From NCBI GenBank assembly GCA_964460395.1, contig CAYWQS010000007.1, positions 11,135-75,134 of the forward strand: a DNA stretch of 64,000 nucleotides, given 5' to 3'. This stretch comes from an uncultured Solibacteraceae bacterium. GTDB taxonomy: Bacteria; Acidobacteriota; Terriglobia; Bryobacterales; Bryobacteraceae. This document shows, piece by piece, positions 1 through 11,363 of this stretch (positions are counted from its first letter, which is position 1; each line of letters starts with the position of its first letter). A program made the position numbers and the translations under genes. The notes beneath the pieces were generated by a model. The model saw only the letters and a list, made by a program, of their open reading frames with translations. It had not been told where the DNA came from and ran no database searches.

Positions 1-1673
1 CGGCGGTCACCGTCGCGCCCGGGTTCTTTGCCACGCGGGACGTGGCGCCGGAGGTGTATTACGAGGCTGCGGTCTTCATCCTGGCACTCATTCTCGTGGG
101 CAGCACTCTGGAGGAACGCGCCAAAATCCGGACTGCCGCTTCCCTCGCCGCGCTCGCCAGCCTGCGGCCCGATCATGTCCGCATCCTCCGCGATACCAGC
201 GAACTGGAGATTCCGCTTGCGGAACTTCAGATTGGCGATTCTGCAGTGGTGCGCCCGGGCGAACGCATTCCCGCCGACGGTGTGGTTGTCGCAGGTGAAA
301 GTGCAGTGGACGAATCCATGCTCACCGGCGAACCCATGCCCGTCGACAAGGGCCCCCGGAGCCCGGTGACGGGCGGCACCCTCAATGGGCAGGGCCGGCT
401 CATCATCCGTGTGACCGCCGTCGGAGCGGAAACCATATTGGAAGGCATCCTGCGCTTGCTGCGCGACGCCCAGGGTGCGAAGCCACCCATGCAAAAACTG
501 GCTGACCGTGTCAGCGCTGTCTTCGTGCCCGTGGTCCTGCTCATCGCCTGCGCAACGGCCGCCGTTTGGCTGGCCACCGGCCACAGCCCCACGCAGGCTT
601 TCTCGGCCGCGGTCGCCGTGCTCATCATCGCCTGTCCCTGCGCGATGGGCCTGGCTACGCCCGCTGCTTTTCTGGCCGCTACCGGACGCGCCGCCCGCGC
701 CGGCATCCTCCTCCGCAGCGGCGAAGCATTGGAGCGCCTGGCTCGCGCCGACACTCTGGTCTTCGATAAAACCGGTACCCTCACGGAAGGCCGCCCGGAG
801 GTCACCGGCGCCAGGGCCCTCCGCGGGTTCTCGGAGGCAGATCTGTTGCGATTTGCCGCAGCAGTGGAATCCGCCAGTGAACATCCCTTGGCCCGGGCCA
901 TTGTCCAATACGCTGTGGAACAGGGCGTGCCTGTCCCCGCTGTCGAGGAATTTCAGGCTCTGCCTGGACAAGGCGCCCGCGGCCGCGTGGAAGGCCGCAC
1001 TGTCGTTCTCGGCCGTCCAGGACTCACGGGCGCTGAGGGCGCCGCTCCAAAAAGTAACGCCACCAGCGTTTGGGTCTTCGTGGATGGCGAAGCCGTGGGC
1101 GCCATCGAACTGGCCGATCGTCCCCGTGCTGGGGCCCGGGAGGCAATCCTCGCCCTTCGCCAGGACGGCTACCGGGTGATCATGCTCACTGGCGACCAGC
1201 CGGCTCCTTCCCAGGCCATTGCCGCCTCGGTCGGCATTGAAGAAGTGCTGGCCGGTCTTCTCCCTGATGGCAAACTGCAGGCCATCGCCAACCTTCAGGG
1301 TGGAGGTTCTGTGGTGGCCATGGTGGGCGACGGGATCAACGACGCCCCCGCCCTCGCCGCCGCCGATGTCGGCCTCGCCATCGGCTCAGGCGCCGACGCC
1401 GCCCGGCTCGCTGCTGGTTTCGTTCTGCTTCGTCCCGAACTTGGCCTGGTGAGAATCGGCCTCCGTCTGGCCCTCCAAGCCGTTCGCGTGATGCGGCAAA
1501 ACCTCTTTTGGGCCTTTGCTTACAACGTTTTGATGATCCCTGTTGCCGCCGGGGCCCTCTACCCCGTCTGGGGATGGACCCTCAGTCCAGTCCTGGCTGC
1601 CGCCGCCATGGCCTTCAGTTCGGTGACCGTTGTAACCAACAGTCTCAGGCTCAGTCGCATGAGCTTGTCTTAA
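1..1673 (+). CDS. copA: Copper-translocating P1B-type ATPase, 5' truncated by window edge
   Basis: The frame is open to position 3. Motifs read in the translation: TM6 CPC ([13 protein letters not shown]), phosphorylation site DKTGTLT, hinge [12 protein letters not shown]7 YN (FAYNVLMIP), TM8 MxxSS (MAFSS). Together these are the Cu(I) P1B-1 signature. Confidence 0.85.
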   Translation, partial: AVTVAPGFFATRDVAPEVYYEAAVFILALILVGSTLEERAKIRTAASLAALASLRPDHVRILRDTSELEIPLAELQIGDSAVVRPGERIPADGVVVAGESAVDESMLTGEPMPVDKGPRSPVTGGTLNGQGRLIIRVTAVGAETILEGILRLLRDAQGAKPPMQKLADRVSAVFVPVVLLIACATAAVWLATGHSPTQAFSAAVAVLIIACPCAMGLATPAAFLAATGRAARAGILLRSGEALERLARADTLVFDKTGTLTEGRPEVTGARALRGFSEADLLRFAAAVESASEHPLARAIVQYAVEQGVPVPAVEEFQALPGQGARGRVEGRTVVLGRPGLTGAEGAAPKSNATSVWVFVDGEAVGAIELADRPRAGAREAILALRQDGYRVIMLTGDQPAPSQAIAASVGIEEVLAGLLPDGKLQAIANLQGGGSVVAMVGDGINDAPALAAADVGLAIGSGADAARLAAGFVLLRPELGLVRIGLRLALQAVRVMRQNLFWAFAYNVLMIPVAAGALYPVWGWTLSPVLAAAAMAFSSVTVVTNSLRLSRMSLS

Positions 1674-1691
1674 TCGCGCCTCGCGGCCTGG

Positions 1692-1720
1692 GGAACTTTT
1701 CCCGCCCCGTCGCAGTCTAT
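1692..1720 (+). promoter_or_regulatory. Candidate ECF-type (autoregulatory) promoter
   Basis: GGAACTT (1692-1698), a 17-nt spacer, then TCTAT (1716-1720). It lies about 85-110 nt upstream of the ECF sigma start and resembles the RpoE-type -35 GGAACTT / -10 TCTnA consensus. Motif match only. Confidence 0.35.
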
Positions 1721-1803
1721 ACCTACAGATCGCCGTTCAGTCCCCGGCAGACCAGGATGCCGGGCAACCGTGAAGGCGATACAATGCTCGTGCGGAGATA
1801 CCC

Positions 1804-2475
1804 ATGCATCCGGGCCGGCACGATATTGAACACGGGGAACCATTAACTCCCCCGGACTATCCAGGTTGGGGAAGCGAAGCCAGTTTTCTGGACAGCCTGA
1901 GGTCCGGCGAGGAGCGCGCCTACGAGAGATTGCTTGAGAAATTTCAGGGGCCGGTCTACAACCTGGTGGTGCGGCTCCTGGAGGATCCGAGCGAAGCCGC
2001 CGATGTCACCCAGGAGGTCTTCCTGAAGGTATTCCGCGCGGTCGGGCGCTTCCGGAACGACAGCAGCCTGAAGACTTGGATCTACCGCATCGCCGTGAAC
2101 GAAGCGCACAACCGGCGGCGCTGGTTTGGGCGGCACCGCGCCGCGGAAGTCGGCTATGAGTTTGAACAAGCGGGCCATGGCTATCTCGACATCATGCGGG
2201 ACCCCTCGCGGTCCCCATACGATCTGGTGCTCAACCAGGAGTTTCATTCGGCGATCGAGCAGGCGCTCGCCGGGCTGAATCCGGTGTTCCGGTCAGCCGT
2301 CGTTTTGCGCGATATGGAGGAGCTGAGTTACGAAGAGATTGCGGACATCCTGGATGTTTCGCTTGGCACGGTGAAATCGAGGATTCTGCGCGGGCGTGAA
2401 TGCTTGCGCAGAGCCTTAATGGACCAATTGGAGCCTTCGCGGGCTCTGGATCTCACGCCCCAACCTGCCGAATAA
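1804..2475 (+). CDS. RNA polymerase sigma-70 factor, ECF subfamily
   Basis: 223 aa. Region 2 (DVTQEVFLKVF, WIYRIAVNEAHNRRR) and the region 4 HTH (LSYEEIADILDVSLGTVKSRILRGRECL). Confidence 0.9.
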   Translation: MHPGRHDIEHGEPLTPPDYPGWGSEASFLDSLRSGEERAYERLLEKFQGPVYNLVVRLLEDPSEAADVTQEVFLKVFRAVGRFRNDSSLKTWIYRIAVNEAHNRRRWFGRHRAAEVGYEFEQAGHGYLDIMRDPSRSPYDLVLNQEFHSAIEQALAGLNPVFRSAVVLRDMEELSYEEIADILDVSLGTVKSRILRGRECLRRALMDQLEPSRALDLTPQPAE

Positions 2476-2502
2476 GTGGGTGGTGGGCTGGATTGGATCG
2501 TT

Positions 2503-3195
2503 ATGGACTGCCAACAGGTCAAAGTGATGCTCGGCGCCCTGGTCGATGGGCGAGTATTGGACTCCGAGCGCCATGAGATCATGACGCACGTGGACGCCTG
2601 CGGCGATTGCGGCCTGCAACTGGCGCAATTGCATGCTGTCCGCGATTCCTTACGGAACCTGGCTGCGAAGCCGGTCCCCCCGCATCTCGCACTTTCTCTG
2701 CGTGTCGTTGCTTCCCGGGAGGCCCACCGCCGCCGCCGCTACGCTGGTTTGCAGGGTTGGCTGCGCAGTGTGGGAGAAGAGTTCCAGCTTTTCGCCAACA
2801 ATCTCATGCGGCCTCTCGCGTTGCCCGCCGCCGGCGGGTTGTTTTCCGCGGTGGTGCTGTTTTCCGCCATCATGACCAACTACAGCGGCATTGTCCGGCA
2901 GCCGGCCGACGACGTGCCCACTGTGCTGGCCACCAGCGCCACGATGAAGTCCGGTCTTTTCTCGGCCGAAGAGATCCCCTCCGAGGTGCTCGTGCTCGAT
3001 GTCCTGGTGGATGAGCAGGGCCGCGCCATCGACTACTCGCTGGCGCCTGGCACGGAAGCCGACTACAGTCCTGAGTTCCGCCGCCAGTTGGTGAACACGT
3101 TGCTGTTTACCCGCTTCGAACCTGCCACCGCGTTTGGCCAGCCTACGGCTACCTGGGTCAAGGTTTCCTACCGCCGTATTGATGTGAAAGGCTAA
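2503..3195 (+). CDS. Anti-sigma factor (zf-HC2) with single TM helix and TonB-C-like periplasmic domain
   Basis: Begins directly after the sigma stop (GTG 2476 or ATG 2503). H-x3-C-x2-C motif (THVDACGDC), one TM helix (LALPAAGGLFSAVVLFSAIM). The C-terminal ~70 aa (VLVLDVLVDEQGRAIDYSL...FTRFEPATAFGQPTATWVKVSY) resembles the TonB C-terminal fold pattern. Confidence 0.75.
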   Translation: MDCQQVKVMLGALVDGRVLDSERHEIMTHVDACGDCGLQLAQLHAVRDSLRNLAAKPVPPHLALSLRVVASREAHRRRRYAGLQGWLRSVGEEFQLFANNLMRPLALPAAGGLFSAVVLFSAIMTNYSGIVRQPADDVPTVLATSATMKSGLFSAEEIPSEVLVLDVLVDEQGRAIDYSLAPGTEADYSPEFRRQLVNTLLFTRFEPATAFGQPTATWVKVSYRRIDVKG

Positions 3196-3204
3196 CCGCG
3201 CTCC

Positions 3205-3960
3205 GTGCCGCGGCCCCTGGGGCAGCATTTCCTCTATCAGGAGGCGATCCTGGAAAGGATCGCCTTTGCTGTTTGCGGCGAGGATCATCCGCCGGTCATA
3301 GAAATCGGGCCCGGACCAGGCACTCTGACCGCCCACCTGCTGCCCCGAGCCAGCCACCTCACTGCGATCGAAATCGACGCCGCGCTCGCCAGCGCTCTTC
3401 GCGCGCGGTACCTCCAAGCGCCCGGCTTTACGCTCATTGAGGGAGACGTGCTGGCCCAGGATCTATCGCGCTGGGCCCCCGCAGTGGTGTGCGGCAACAT
3501 CCCCTACTACATCACCTCACCCATCGTGGAAAAGGCACTGGCGCTCGGGCCCTTATTGATGCGTGCTGTCTTTCTCGTACAGCGAGAAGTGGCCAATCGC
3601 CTTGCCGCTTCGCCAGGCAACCGCGATTACGGTTATCTGAGCGTCATCGCGCAGGTTCAATGCCGGGTCCAGCGGCTGTTTGTGGTGAAACCCGCCTCGT
3701 TCCGCCCTCCGCCGAAGGTGGACAGCGCCGTTGTCCTCCTCACTCCGCACTCCGCCCCGCTCTGCCCGGACCTTCCCGCATTCCGCCGGTTCGCCTCTCT
3801 CTGCTTCCGGCAGAAGCGCAAGACATTGCGCAATAACCTGGCCGGAGTGGTCCCCCTGGAACGGCTGGAGGACTTGCCTGAAGCGGGTCTCCGCGCCGAA
3901 CAACTGAGCGTGCCCGAGCTATTGCGCCTGGCGCGGACGCTCGGCGTACTGCCCGCTTAG
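3205..3960 (+). CDS. rsmA: 16S rRNA (adenine1518/1519-N6)-dimethyltransferase
   Basis: LGQHFL, SAM-binding IEIGPGPGTLT and GNIPYYITSPI motifs. GTG start. Confidence 0.9.
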   Translation: MPRPLGQHFLYQEAILERIAFAVCGEDHPPVIEIGPGPGTLTAHLLPRASHLTAIEIDAALASALRARYLQAPGFTLIEGDVLAQDLSRWAPAVVCGNIPYYITSPIVEKALALGPLLMRAVFLVQREVANRLAASPGNRDYGYLSVIAQVQCRVQRLFVVKPASFRPPPKVDSAVVLLTPHSAPLCPDLPAFRRFASLCFRQKRKTLRNNLAGVVPLERLEDLPEAGLRAEQLSVPELLRLARTLGVLPA

Positions 3961-4892
3961 TCGAATACCACCGTCCGGTTTGCGTAGGCCAGAATCCGAT
4001 GGTCCAGGTGCCATCGCACCGCACGGGAAAGCACCAAGCGTTCCAGGTCTCGCCCCTTCTCCACCAAATCGCTCAACTGATCGCGGTGCGAGATTCGCAA
4101 CACGTCCTGCTCGATGATCGGGCCATCATCCAACACCTCGGTGACGTAATGCGCGGTGGCCCCGATGAGCTTCACGCCACGTTCGTATGCCTGGTGATAT
4201 GGCCGCGCTCCGCTAAATGCCGGCAGGAACGAATGGTGCACGTTGATGATCCGCCGGTGGTAGCGCTGAACGAACTCCGGGGAGAGGATTCTCATGTAAC
4301 GCGCCAGCACCACCAAATCCACGGCGAACTCGTCCAGTAACCCCATCTGCCGGGCCTCTTCCGTGTGCGGCACAACCTGAAATGGAATTCCGTAGTACGA
4401 GGCTAACCCCCGGGCATTCTCATGGTTCGACACAATCAGCGGAATTTCACACGCCAGCTCGCCGGTCTGATGCCGGTGCAGCAGATCGACCAGACAATGC
4501 GTCTCCCGGGAAACGAAAACCGCCACACGCTGCCGCTGCGTCTTCAGAGCCAGCCGCCAGTTCATCTCAAATTGCCGCGCCACCGGGCCGAACTGCGCAT
4601 GGAAAGCCTCCGGCTCCAGGTCAAAGCCTGCCAGATCCCACTCCACCCGCATGAAGAACAGCCCCGCCTCCGCATCCTGGTGTTGGTCGGCGTGGAGAAT
4701 GTTCGCGTTGTGCTGATAAAGGAACCCGCTCACCGCGGCTACCAGACCGCGTTGGTCGGGACAATCGATCAAGAGAACCGCAGAGTTAATCGAGGACCTC
4801 CGGCGCCAGTTCGATGTTGCGTTCCCCGGCCGCCTTCTTCGCCAAATACTTCTTGACCCACTCTTCCCAACTCTTGCCGGCTGCCATGTCAC
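3957..4892 (-). CDS. purU: Formyltetrahydrofolate deformylase
   Basis: ACT-like N-terminus ([26 protein letters not shown]) plus formyltransferase core ([30 protein letters not shown]). The first ~35 codons of the ORF overlap hpnH and look non-native, so the real start is probably near 4772-4790 (TTG at 4772). Confidence 0.85.
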   Translation of the reverse strand: MTWQPARVGKSGSRSIWRRRRPGNATSNWRRRSSINSAVLLIDCPDQRGLVAAVSGFLYQHNANILHADQHQDAEAGLFFMRVEWDLAGFDLEPEAFHAQFGPVARQFEMNWRLALKTQRQRVAVFVSRETHCLVDLLHRHQTGELACEIPLIVSNHENARGLASYYGIPFQVVPHTEEARQMGLLDEFAVDLVVLARYMRILSPEFVQRYHRRIINVHHSFLPAFSGARPYHQAYERGVKLIGATAHYVTEVLDDGPIIEQDVLRISHRDQLSDLVEKGRDLERLVLSRAVRWHLDHRILAYANRTVVFD

Positions 4893-6225
4893 GCCCCGAG
4901 AAGTGGATCTCCTCGATCTCGTGGTAAGCCACCGTCACACGTTCGCCACCCGTTCTCAAAATCATCCGCAGGCGTCCCTGGGCGGGCGTGCCGTTTGTCT
5001 CACGGTCGAACACGTAACCCTCCAATTGCTGGCCGTTCTTGAGCCGCAACGTGAGGTCGCCTCTATAGTCGAAGGCCTCTTCCACTGTTTCCACCCCGCC
5101 TCGCGAGCCCTGCAAAGTGCTCCGCTGCGACGGCGTGTTGGTCAAATCGATCTGCACCAGCGCTGATTTTGGTTTCTCACTCTCCAGTTGCCTTAGAGCC
5201 TCTGCGTCCTCATACCGGCGGAACAAACTGGCCTTCACCATCGCCAGGAATCCACGCCACGAGCCAAAGGCGAAGTCCACCGTTGTCGCCTCGTAGCCGG
5301 AATGCATCATGCAATTGGCGCACTTGGGGTTTCCCGACTCGTAACCGTAGCTGGTCCAATCTGTCGTGGCGAGCAACTCCTGGTAAGTTTCCGCATATCC
5401 CTCTTGAATCAGGTAGCAGGGCTTCTGCCAGCCGAAAATCGAGTAGGTAGGCATGCCCCAGGGTGTGCACTCGAAATTCCGGCGCCCCATCAGAAACTCC
5501 AGGAACAGCGGCGACATGTTGAATCGCCATTCCGGCTTCCGGTTCGACAGGATGGCGCGGAACATCCGCCGGATTCGTTCCCGCCCCAGAAAGTGCTGCT
5601 GGTCCGGCGCCTTCTCGTAACTGTAGCCCGGGGACACCATCATGCCCTCGACGCCCAGCTCCATCATGTCATCGAAAAACGACCGGACAGATCTCGCATC
5701 CACCCCGTCGAAAAGCGTAGTGTTGGTCGTCACCCGGAATCCCCGCGCCAGCGCGGCCCGAATCCCCTCCACTGCAATCTCGTAGCCGCCTTCTTTGCAC
5801 ACCGAGAAGTCGTGGTGCTCTTTTTGGCCGTCCAGGTGCACGGAAAACGTCAGGTACCGGCTCGGCTCGAACAGGTGCAGCTTCTCCTTTAGCAGCAGCG
5901 CGTTCGTGCAGAGGTAGATGTACTTCTTCCGGGCCGCCAGCCCAGCCACGATTTCGGCAATCCGCGGGTGCATCAGCGGTTCGCCCCCCGGTATCGACAC
6001 CATGGGCGCGCCGCATTCATCCACCGCGCGGAAGCACTCTTCCGGCGTGAGTTCCTTCTTCAATATGTGGCCCGGATACTGGATCTTGCCGCACCCCGCG
6101 CACGCCAGATTGCAGCGGAACAGCGGCTCCAGCATCAGAACCAGAGGATACTGCTTGCGCCCCCGCAGCTTCTGGCCCAGGACGTACGTGGCGACGGTCC
6201 ACATCTGTTGGAAGGGGACGGGCAT
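4786..6225 (-). CDS. hpnH: Adenosyl-hopene transferase (hopanoid radical SAM protein) with extra C-terminal domain
   Basis: N-terminus [40 protein letters not shown] with radical SAM CX3CX2C. DUF3463-like region ([31 protein letters not shown]). 479 aa, with about 135 aa beyond the recognisable core. Confidence 0.85.
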   Translation of the reverse strand: MPVPFQQMWTVATYVLGQKLRGRKQYPLVLMLEPLFRCNLACAGCGKIQYPGHILKKELTPEECFRAVDECGAPMVSIPGGEPLMHPRIAEIVAGLAARKKYIYLCTNALLLKEKLHLFEPSRYLTFSVHLDGQKEHHDFSVCKEGGYEIAVEGIRAALARGFRVTTNTTLFDGVDARSVRSFFDDMMELGVEGMMVSPGYSYEKAPDQQHFLGRERIRRMFRAILSNRKPEWRFNMSPLFLEFLMGRRNFECTPWGMPTYSIFGWQKPCYLIQEGYAETYQELLATTDWTSYGYESGNPKCANCMMHSGYEATTVDFAFGSWRGFLAMVKASLFRRYEDAEALRQLESEKPKSALVQIDLTNTPSQRSTLQGSRGGVETVEEAFDYRGDLTLRLKNGQQLEGYVFDRETNGTPAQGRLRMILRTGGERVTVAYHEIEEIHFSGRDMAAGKSWEEWVKKYLAKKAAGERNIELAPEVLD

Positions 6226-6296
6226 ACGCCTCCAGTGTAACGCGAACGCGAATCCGCTTTCGTGTTTTCCCCGGCTGGTGCCATACTAAGGGGCAG

Positions 6297-6908
6297 GTGA
6301 TGTCCTCCGTGCCCGCCCGCCGCGCTCCGCAGCAGGAGCGCAGCGCTGGTACCGTCGAGGCGGTACTCGATGCCGCCGCCCGCCTGCTCGCGGCCCACGG
6401 CGCCGAAGCCGTCACCACGAGCCGTGTCGCCGAAGCGGCTGGTGTTTCCGTGGGCGCTCTGTACCGTTTCTTTTCCGATAAACAGGAGATCTTCGACGCC
6501 ATCGCCCTTCGGGACCTCGAAGCCTTCCGCGCCGAGATGGGCGCGGCCCTGCAACCCCGCCGCTGGCTATTGCGCAAACGGAGCCCCGTGGGAGCCGTCA
6601 TCGACGCCTATGTCGATTTCCTCGAGCGCCACCCCGCTTTCCGCGTCCTGGCCCTGGGCCATCACATCAGCCCGCAAACGCGCTCCGGGCAGGTTCGGCC
6701 CGATCTCGGCCCTGCCTCCATCCTGAAGGAGCATTTGGTGAAGCACTTCCGCTTCAAGCCCGGTCCGCGCCTCGACCTGCGCCTCCGGGTCGCGGCCGAA
6801 GTGGGAGACCGCCTCATCGCCTTCGCGTTTGAACAGCCGGATGCAACCGGCCGCGCGCGCGTGGTCGCCGAACTCAAGCGCCTGCTTACGGGCTACCTGC
6901 TTGGCTAG
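6297..6908 (+). CDS. TetR/AcrR family transcriptional regulator
   Basis: N-terminal HTH (VTTSRVAEAAGVSVGALYRFFSDKQEIF). Divergent from hpnH. GTG 6297 or ATG 6300. Confidence 0.85.
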   Translation: MMSSVPARRAPQQERSAGTVEAVLDAAARLLAAHGAEAVTTSRVAEAAGVSVGALYRFFSDKQEIFDAIALRDLEAFRAEMGAALQPRRWLLRKRSPVGAVIDAYVDFLERHPAFRVLALGHHISPQTRSGQVRPDLGPASILKEHLVKHFRFKPGPRLDLRLRVAAEVGDRLIAFAFEQPDATGRARVVAELKRLLTGYLLG

Positions 6909-8131
6909 CCGCGCCCCAGCGCGCCATCCAGCCACGCAAACGCACGGTCCTGCATCTCCCGGTTGAAGATGTGCGGCACGTCGAAAAACTCGGCGGTGAA
7001 TGCGCGCTCCGCCCCGGCCTTTCGGTAGATGGCGCGCAGTTTCTCAACGGATTCCTCCATCCCCGCCGGCGGAAACAGCCCGTCCCTCCGGCACTGCTGT
7101 ACCAGCAGAGGCTTCGGAACTCGGAGCGCCACCACGTCGGGAAGATCCAGACCACCGTGCACCCCGGGAATGAAATGCACGAACGAATGTGTGTCCATAT
7201 GCTTCCGGATCATCGGCCGCACTGTGGACATGAAGCCGGTCACACAGCCCGCCGCGATCCGGCTGTCCAGCCCGGCCAGCAGCAGCGCGCGGTAGCCGCC
7301 CATAGACACTCCCACGCAGCCAATTCGGGCCGGATCCACCTCGGGACGGCTCACCAGGTAGTCCACCGTCCGCATATCGTCCCAAGCCACGACACCTGGC
7401 CAGGTCAGCCCCGCGTAAGCCAGCGACTTGACGATCGTCGATTCCTTTTGCCGGCATTTTGCATTCAACCGCTTTACATCGTCGATGGAATAATTGCGCC
7501 GCTCCCAGCCCGCGCCCAGGTCCTCGTCCATCATCAGGCGCCGCTCACCGAACGGAAATGCGTCGATCGTGATCACCACGTAACCCCGCCGCGCCAGCGC
7601 CGTCGCCGTGGGCCGCCCCTCGTAATTCACGCGGTGATACTCCACCATCGCCGGATGGTTTTCGCCGAAGTCGATCACCTTCTCCTTGCCGAACAGAAAC
7701 ATACCGCCGTGCGAGTGCAGGTCTACAATCGCAGGCAAGCGGCCGCGGCGCTGCTTGGGAATGTGCAAATACGCCGGCACGCGGAACTCGGGCGATGTCG
7801 AAAAGACCACTTTCTCGCGGATCAAATCGCCCAGGTCCGCGCGGTCCACAACCTCCGCCCGCGGCGCCACCGCCGGCGGCGCCGGCCCCAGCGCTTCCAG
7901 CACTGCTTTCCGCCCCGCTTGCCGGTACTCCTCCACCGATCGCCACTGCTTCTCGAGAAACGAAAGCGCAAAGCTCTGCCGTGCCGCTAACTGCTCGATT
8001 ACCGGGTAGAGCGACCCGCTGTCGGCTCCCGCTCCCTCCGTGATCCCTGGTCCGTCCGGCGGCATGCCGCCTGTCCGCCCCTGCACCAGCATCAGCAGCG
8101 CCGTTCGTCTCCGCATACCTTTCTCCAGCAT
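6905..8131 (-). CDS. Alpha/beta hydrolase (dienelactone hydrolase / acetyl-xylan-esterase-like)
   Basis: Nucleophile elbow GVSMGGY, an HSHGG segment, and an RRR-containing N-terminus ([10 protein letters not shown]) suggesting export. Confidence 0.7.
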   Translation of the reverse strand: MLEKGMRRRTALLMLVQGRTGGMPPDGPGITEGAGADSGSLYPVIEQLAARQSFALSFLEKQWRSVEEYRQAGRKAVLEALGPAPPAVAPRAEVVDRADLGDLIREKVVFSTSPEFRVPAYLHIPKQRRGRLPAIVDLHSHGGMFLFGKEKVIDFGENHPAMVEYHRVNYEGRPTATALARRGYVVITIDAFPFGERRLMMDEDLGAGWERRNYSIDDVKRLNAKCRQKESTIVKSLAYAGLTWPGVVAWDDMRTVDYLVSRPEVDPARIGCVGVSMGGYRALLLAGLDSRIAAGCVTGFMSTVRPMIRKHMDTHSFVHFIPGVHGGLDLPDVVALRVPKPLLVQQCRRDGLFPPAGMEESVEKLRAIYRKAGAERAFTAEFFDVPHIFNREMQDRAFAWLDGALGRG

Positions 8132-8189
8132 CTTTCGATCCTACTGCCGCCGGGGTCCGGCACGCCCCCTCCCGTATACTGAAAGATTC

Positions 8190-9629
8190 ATGGTCAGAGT
8201 CCGTTTCGCCCCGTCGCCTACGGGGTATCTCCACATCGGCAGTGCCCGCACGTTCATCTTCAATTGGCTGTTCGCCCGGAATCAGGGCGGCACGATGATC
8301 CTCCGCATTGATGACACCGACGTGGAACGCAACACCGAAGCCTCGCTGCAGTCCATTTTCGACGGCCTCCGATGGCTCGAACTCGATTGGGACGAGTTTT
8401 ACCGCCAGAGCGACCGCACCGCTCTCTACACGCAAGCTGCTCAACGCCTGCTCGACGCCGGGTTTGCTTACCGCGACTTTACCCCGGCCGATGCCGCTGC
8501 CGAAGACCGCTCTTCCGGCGCGAAGGAAGCCTGGCTCTTCAATCCCGGCATGCGCGAACTCTCCCGCGAGGAAAGCGACCGGCGCGCCGGCGCCGGCGAG
8601 CCCTTCGTCCTTCGTTTTCGCGTTCCCCGTGACCCTGTGCGCGACGTCACCTTTCAGGACCTCGTCTACGGCCCCCAAGCCAAGTCCACCGCGGACATCG
8701 AAGACTTCGCGCTCCTCCGTTCCAATGGCATGGCCACTTACCACCTTGCCTCCTGCGCCGACGACGCCGACCTTCGCATCTCGCATATCGTCCGTGGCCA
8801 GGATCACCTCACCAACACCTTCAAACATGTCCTCATCTTTGAAGGTCTGGGGTACTCGGCCCCGGCGTTCGCCCACCTGCCGCTGCTGATCGCCCCTGAC
8901 GGCGCGAAACTCTCCAAACGCAAACACGGCCCCGTCGTCAGCGTGACGACTTACGCCGACGCGGGATTCCTGCCTCATGGCTACGTCAACTTTCTCTGCC
9001 TTTTGGGCTGGAACCCCAAAGACGACACCGAGGTGATGAGCCGTGAAACGCTGATCGGGAAGTTTTCGTTTGAAGGTGTCAACCGGTCGAACGCGGTTGT
9101 CAATTTCACCGAAGCCGACCCCATCGATCCCAAGGCGCTCTGGCTCAATTCGCAGCACATCTATGCCATGAGCCCCGAAGATCTGACTGACCGTCTGCTG
9201 CCCTGGGTGGAGCGCGCCGGTTTCTCCACTACCCGCGAAAAACTGTTGCGCATTACCCCGCTGATCCAGGAACGCATCAAGACACTGCGCGACATTGGGC
9301 CTGTCGTCGACTTCTTCTATACTGATGAACTCGCGCCCTACGACCCGCAGGAACTCATCCCACAAAAGGGTGACGCGCCACTGGCCTCCCGGGTCCTTCG
9401 CCGCGCCCTGGCCGTGCTGGAAACTGCTGAGTTCACGCATGCGGGCCTCGACGCCGCCCTGCGCGCCGCCGCTGCTGAACTCCAGGTCAAGCCCGGCCAA
9501 ATGTTTCAGCCCATCCGCGTCGCGGTCTGCGGCCGCAAGGTCGCGCCGCCCCTGTTTGAAACCCTCGAAATTCTCGGCCGGGAAACCTGCCTGCGCCGCG
9601 TGGCCCAGGCCATCGCGCTACTCGGTTGA
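8190..9629 (+). CDS. gltX: Glutamate--tRNA ligase
   Basis: [26 protein letters not shown] (HIGH motif) and KLSKRK (KMSKS). ATG at 8190 chosen; the upstream 50 codons of the ORF overlap the divergent hydrolase gene region. Confidence 0.9.
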   Translation: MVRVRFAPSPTGYLHIGSARTFIFNWLFARNQGGTMILRIDDTDVERNTEASLQSIFDGLRWLELDWDEFYRQSDRTALYTQAAQRLLDAGFAYRDFTPADAAAEDRSSGAKEAWLFNPGMRELSREESDRRAGAGEPFVLRFRVPRDPVRDVTFQDLVYGPQAKSTADIEDFALLRSNGMATYHLASCADDADLRISHIVRGQDHLTNTFKHVLIFEGLGYSAPAFAHLPLLIAPDGAKLSKRKHGPVVSVTTYADAGFLPHGYVNFLCLLGWNPKDDTEVMSRETLIGKFSFEGVNRSNAVVNFTEADPIDPKALWLNSQHIYAMSPEDLTDRLLPWVERAGFSTTREKLLRITPLIQERIKTLRDIGPVVDFFYTDELAPYDPQELIPQKGDAPLASRVLRRALAVLETAEFTHAGLDAALRAAAAELQVKPGQMFQPIRVAVCGRKVAPPLFETLEILGRETCLRRVAQAIALLG

Positions 9630-9646
9630 ACCAGAAAAGAGCTGCC

Positions 9647-11356
9647 ATGTCCGAAGATGCTGCCAAAACCGCCAACGGCGCCTCCGAACCGCGCCCCACG
9701 CATTTCATCCGGGAGATCATCCTCGATGATCTGCAAACCAATAAATACGGCGGCCGCGTCCACACCCGATTCCCACCGGAGCCCAACGGCTACCTCCACA
9801 TCGGCCATGCCAAGTCGATCTGCCTGAACTTCGGTCTCGCCCGGGAGTTCGGCGGCAAGTGCAATCTTCGTTTCGACGACACCAATCCCTGCAAGGAAGA
9901 GGTCGAGTACGTCGAGTCCATCCAGGAAGACGTCCGCTGGCTCGGTTTCGAATGGGATGGCTTGTATTACGCCTCAGATTACTTCCGCCAGTTGTACGAA
10001 TGGGCCATCCTCCTCATCCAGAAAGGCAAGGCTTACGTCTGCGACCTCACCGCCGATCAGCTTCGCGAGTACCGCGGAACCCTTACCGAACCGGGCCGCG
10101 AAAGCCCCTGGCGCAACCGCTCTGTCGATGAGAATCTCGACCTCTTCACCCGCATGAAAGCCGGGGAATTTCCTGACGGCTCCCGCACCCTGCGCGCCAA
10201 GATCGACATGGCTTCGCCGAACCTCAACATGCGGGATCCGGTCATGTACCGCATCCTCCATGCCGAACACCACAACACCGGCAACGAGTGGTGCATCTAC
10301 CCCATGTACGACTACGCGCACGGCCAGTCGGACTCCATCGAGGGCATTACCCATTCCATCTGCACGCTCGAATTCGAAGACCACCGCCCGCTCTACGACT
10401 GGTTTATCCGTGAAATCGGGATCTACGCGCCGCAGCAGATCGAGTTCGACCGTCTCAACCTCACCTACACCCTGCTGAGCAAGCGCAAGTTGCTGCAACT
10501 CGTCCAAACCGGCGTCGTCAGCGGCTGGGACGATCCGCGCATGCCCACCCTGAGCGGCATCCGGCGCCGCGGCTACACACCCGAAACGATCCGCACCTTC
10601 TGCTCCCGTATCGGTGTGTCAAAGACCAACGGCGTCGTTGAAATGGGCCTGCTCGAGCACGCCGTTCGCGAGGACTTGAATCTTCGCGCCCATCGCGTCA
10701 TGGCCGTGCTCAAACCACTGAAACTCGTCATAGAAAACTATCCCGAGGACCGGGTGGAGCTGATGGAAGCCGTCAACAATCCTGAGGATCCGTCTTACGG
10801 CGTCCGCCAGGTGCCATTCACCCGCGAGCTCTACATCGAGCAGGAGGACTTCCGCGAAGATCCGCCCAAGCAGTACTTCCGGCTCTCCCCAGGGAAGGAA
10901 GTGCGCCTCCGTTACGGCTACCTGGTCACCTGTACCGGTGTCGTAAAGAACGAGCGTGGCGAGATCACGGAGATCCGCTGCACATACGACCCAGCCACCA
11001 AAGGCGGCAACACGCCCGATGGCCGCAAGGTGAAGGGCACCATCCACTGGGTTTCCGCCTCCCATGCCGTCGAGGCCGAAGTACGCCTCTACGACTACCT
11101 CTTCCTCACCCCCGATCCCAACGAGGCGCCGGAGGGCCAGGATTGGACCGCCAACCTCAACCCTGCTTCTCTCGCCGTGGTCCCCGCCGCCAAGTGCGAG
11201 CCATCTTTGGCTTCATCCAGGCCCGGTGACCGCTTCCAGTTCGAACGTCTTGGCTATTTCTGCGTCGACAAGGACTCCGCGCCGGGCCGCCTCGTGTTCA
11301 ACAGAACCATTGGCCTCCGCGACACCTGGACCAAGATCGAAAAGAAAGGAAAATGA
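9647..11356 (+). CDS. glnS: Glutamine--tRNA ligase
   Basis: [10 protein letters not shown]...[21 protein letters not shown] and LLSKRKL (KMSKS-like). ATG 9647; a TTG at 9626 would overlap the gltX stop. Confidence 0.9.
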   Translation: MSEDAAKTANGASEPRPTHFIREIILDDLQTNKYGGRVHTRFPPEPNGYLHIGHAKSICLNFGLAREFGGKCNLRFDDTNPCKEEVEYVESIQEDVRWLGFEWDGLYYASDYFRQLYEWAILLIQKGKAYVCDLTADQLREYRGTLTEPGRESPWRNRSVDENLDLFTRMKAGEFPDGSRTLRAKIDMASPNLNMRDPVMYRILHAEHHNTGNEWCIYPMYDYAHGQSDSIEGITHSICTLEFEDHRPLYDWFIREIGIYAPQQIEFDRLNLTYTLLSKRKLLQLVQTGVVSGWDDPRMPTLSGIRRRGYTPETIRTFCSRIGVSKTNGVVEMGLLEHAVREDLNLRAHRVMAVLKPLKLVIENYPEDRVELMEAVNNPEDPSYGVRQVPFTRELYIEQEDFREDPPKQYFRLSPGKEVRLRYGYLVTCTGVVKNERGEITEIRCTYDPATKGGNTPDGRKVKGTIHWVSASHAVEAEVRLYDYLFLTPDPNEAPEGQDWTANLNPASLAVVPAAKCEPSLASSRPGDRFQFERLGYFCVDKDSAPGRLVFNRTIGLRDTWTKIEKKGK

Positions 11357-11363
11357 CGCGCCC

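Noticed and set aside
6239-6262. Short tandem AACGCG-AACGCG and nearby partial symmetry in the hpnH/tetR divergent region, considered as a possible TetR operator
   Set aside because: I could not find a convincing palindrome. The repeat is only two 6-mers and is compatible with chance in GC-rich DNA.
7545-9500. 651-aa ORF on the minus strand, plus similar very long ORFs at 29126-31642 (+), 40966-42537 (-), 42161-43714 (-), 36821-38038 (-), 55011-56339 (-), 58682-60565 (-), 59785-61947 (-) and 61484-62908 (-)
   Set aside because: Each lies antisense to, or out of frame with, a gene that has strong family motifs (gltX, TonB receptor, dnaK, dnaJ, cocE-like, HzsA-like, CRTAC1, DUF5107). Their translations are Arg/Pro/Gly/Ala-rich low complexity. 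These are the shadow ORFs expected in about 63% GC DNA.
11064-11363. N-terminal 100-codon extension of the carbamoyltransferase ORF. Similar upstream extensions occur at 8040-8189, 19401-19625, 43581-43724, 47703-47822, 49171-49257, 58079-58387 and 60064-60567
   Set aside because: These extensions overlap the preceding gene or are Pro/Arg/Ala low-complexity with no family similarity. In each case an internal ATG or GTG gives the canonical family N-terminus or a signal peptide.
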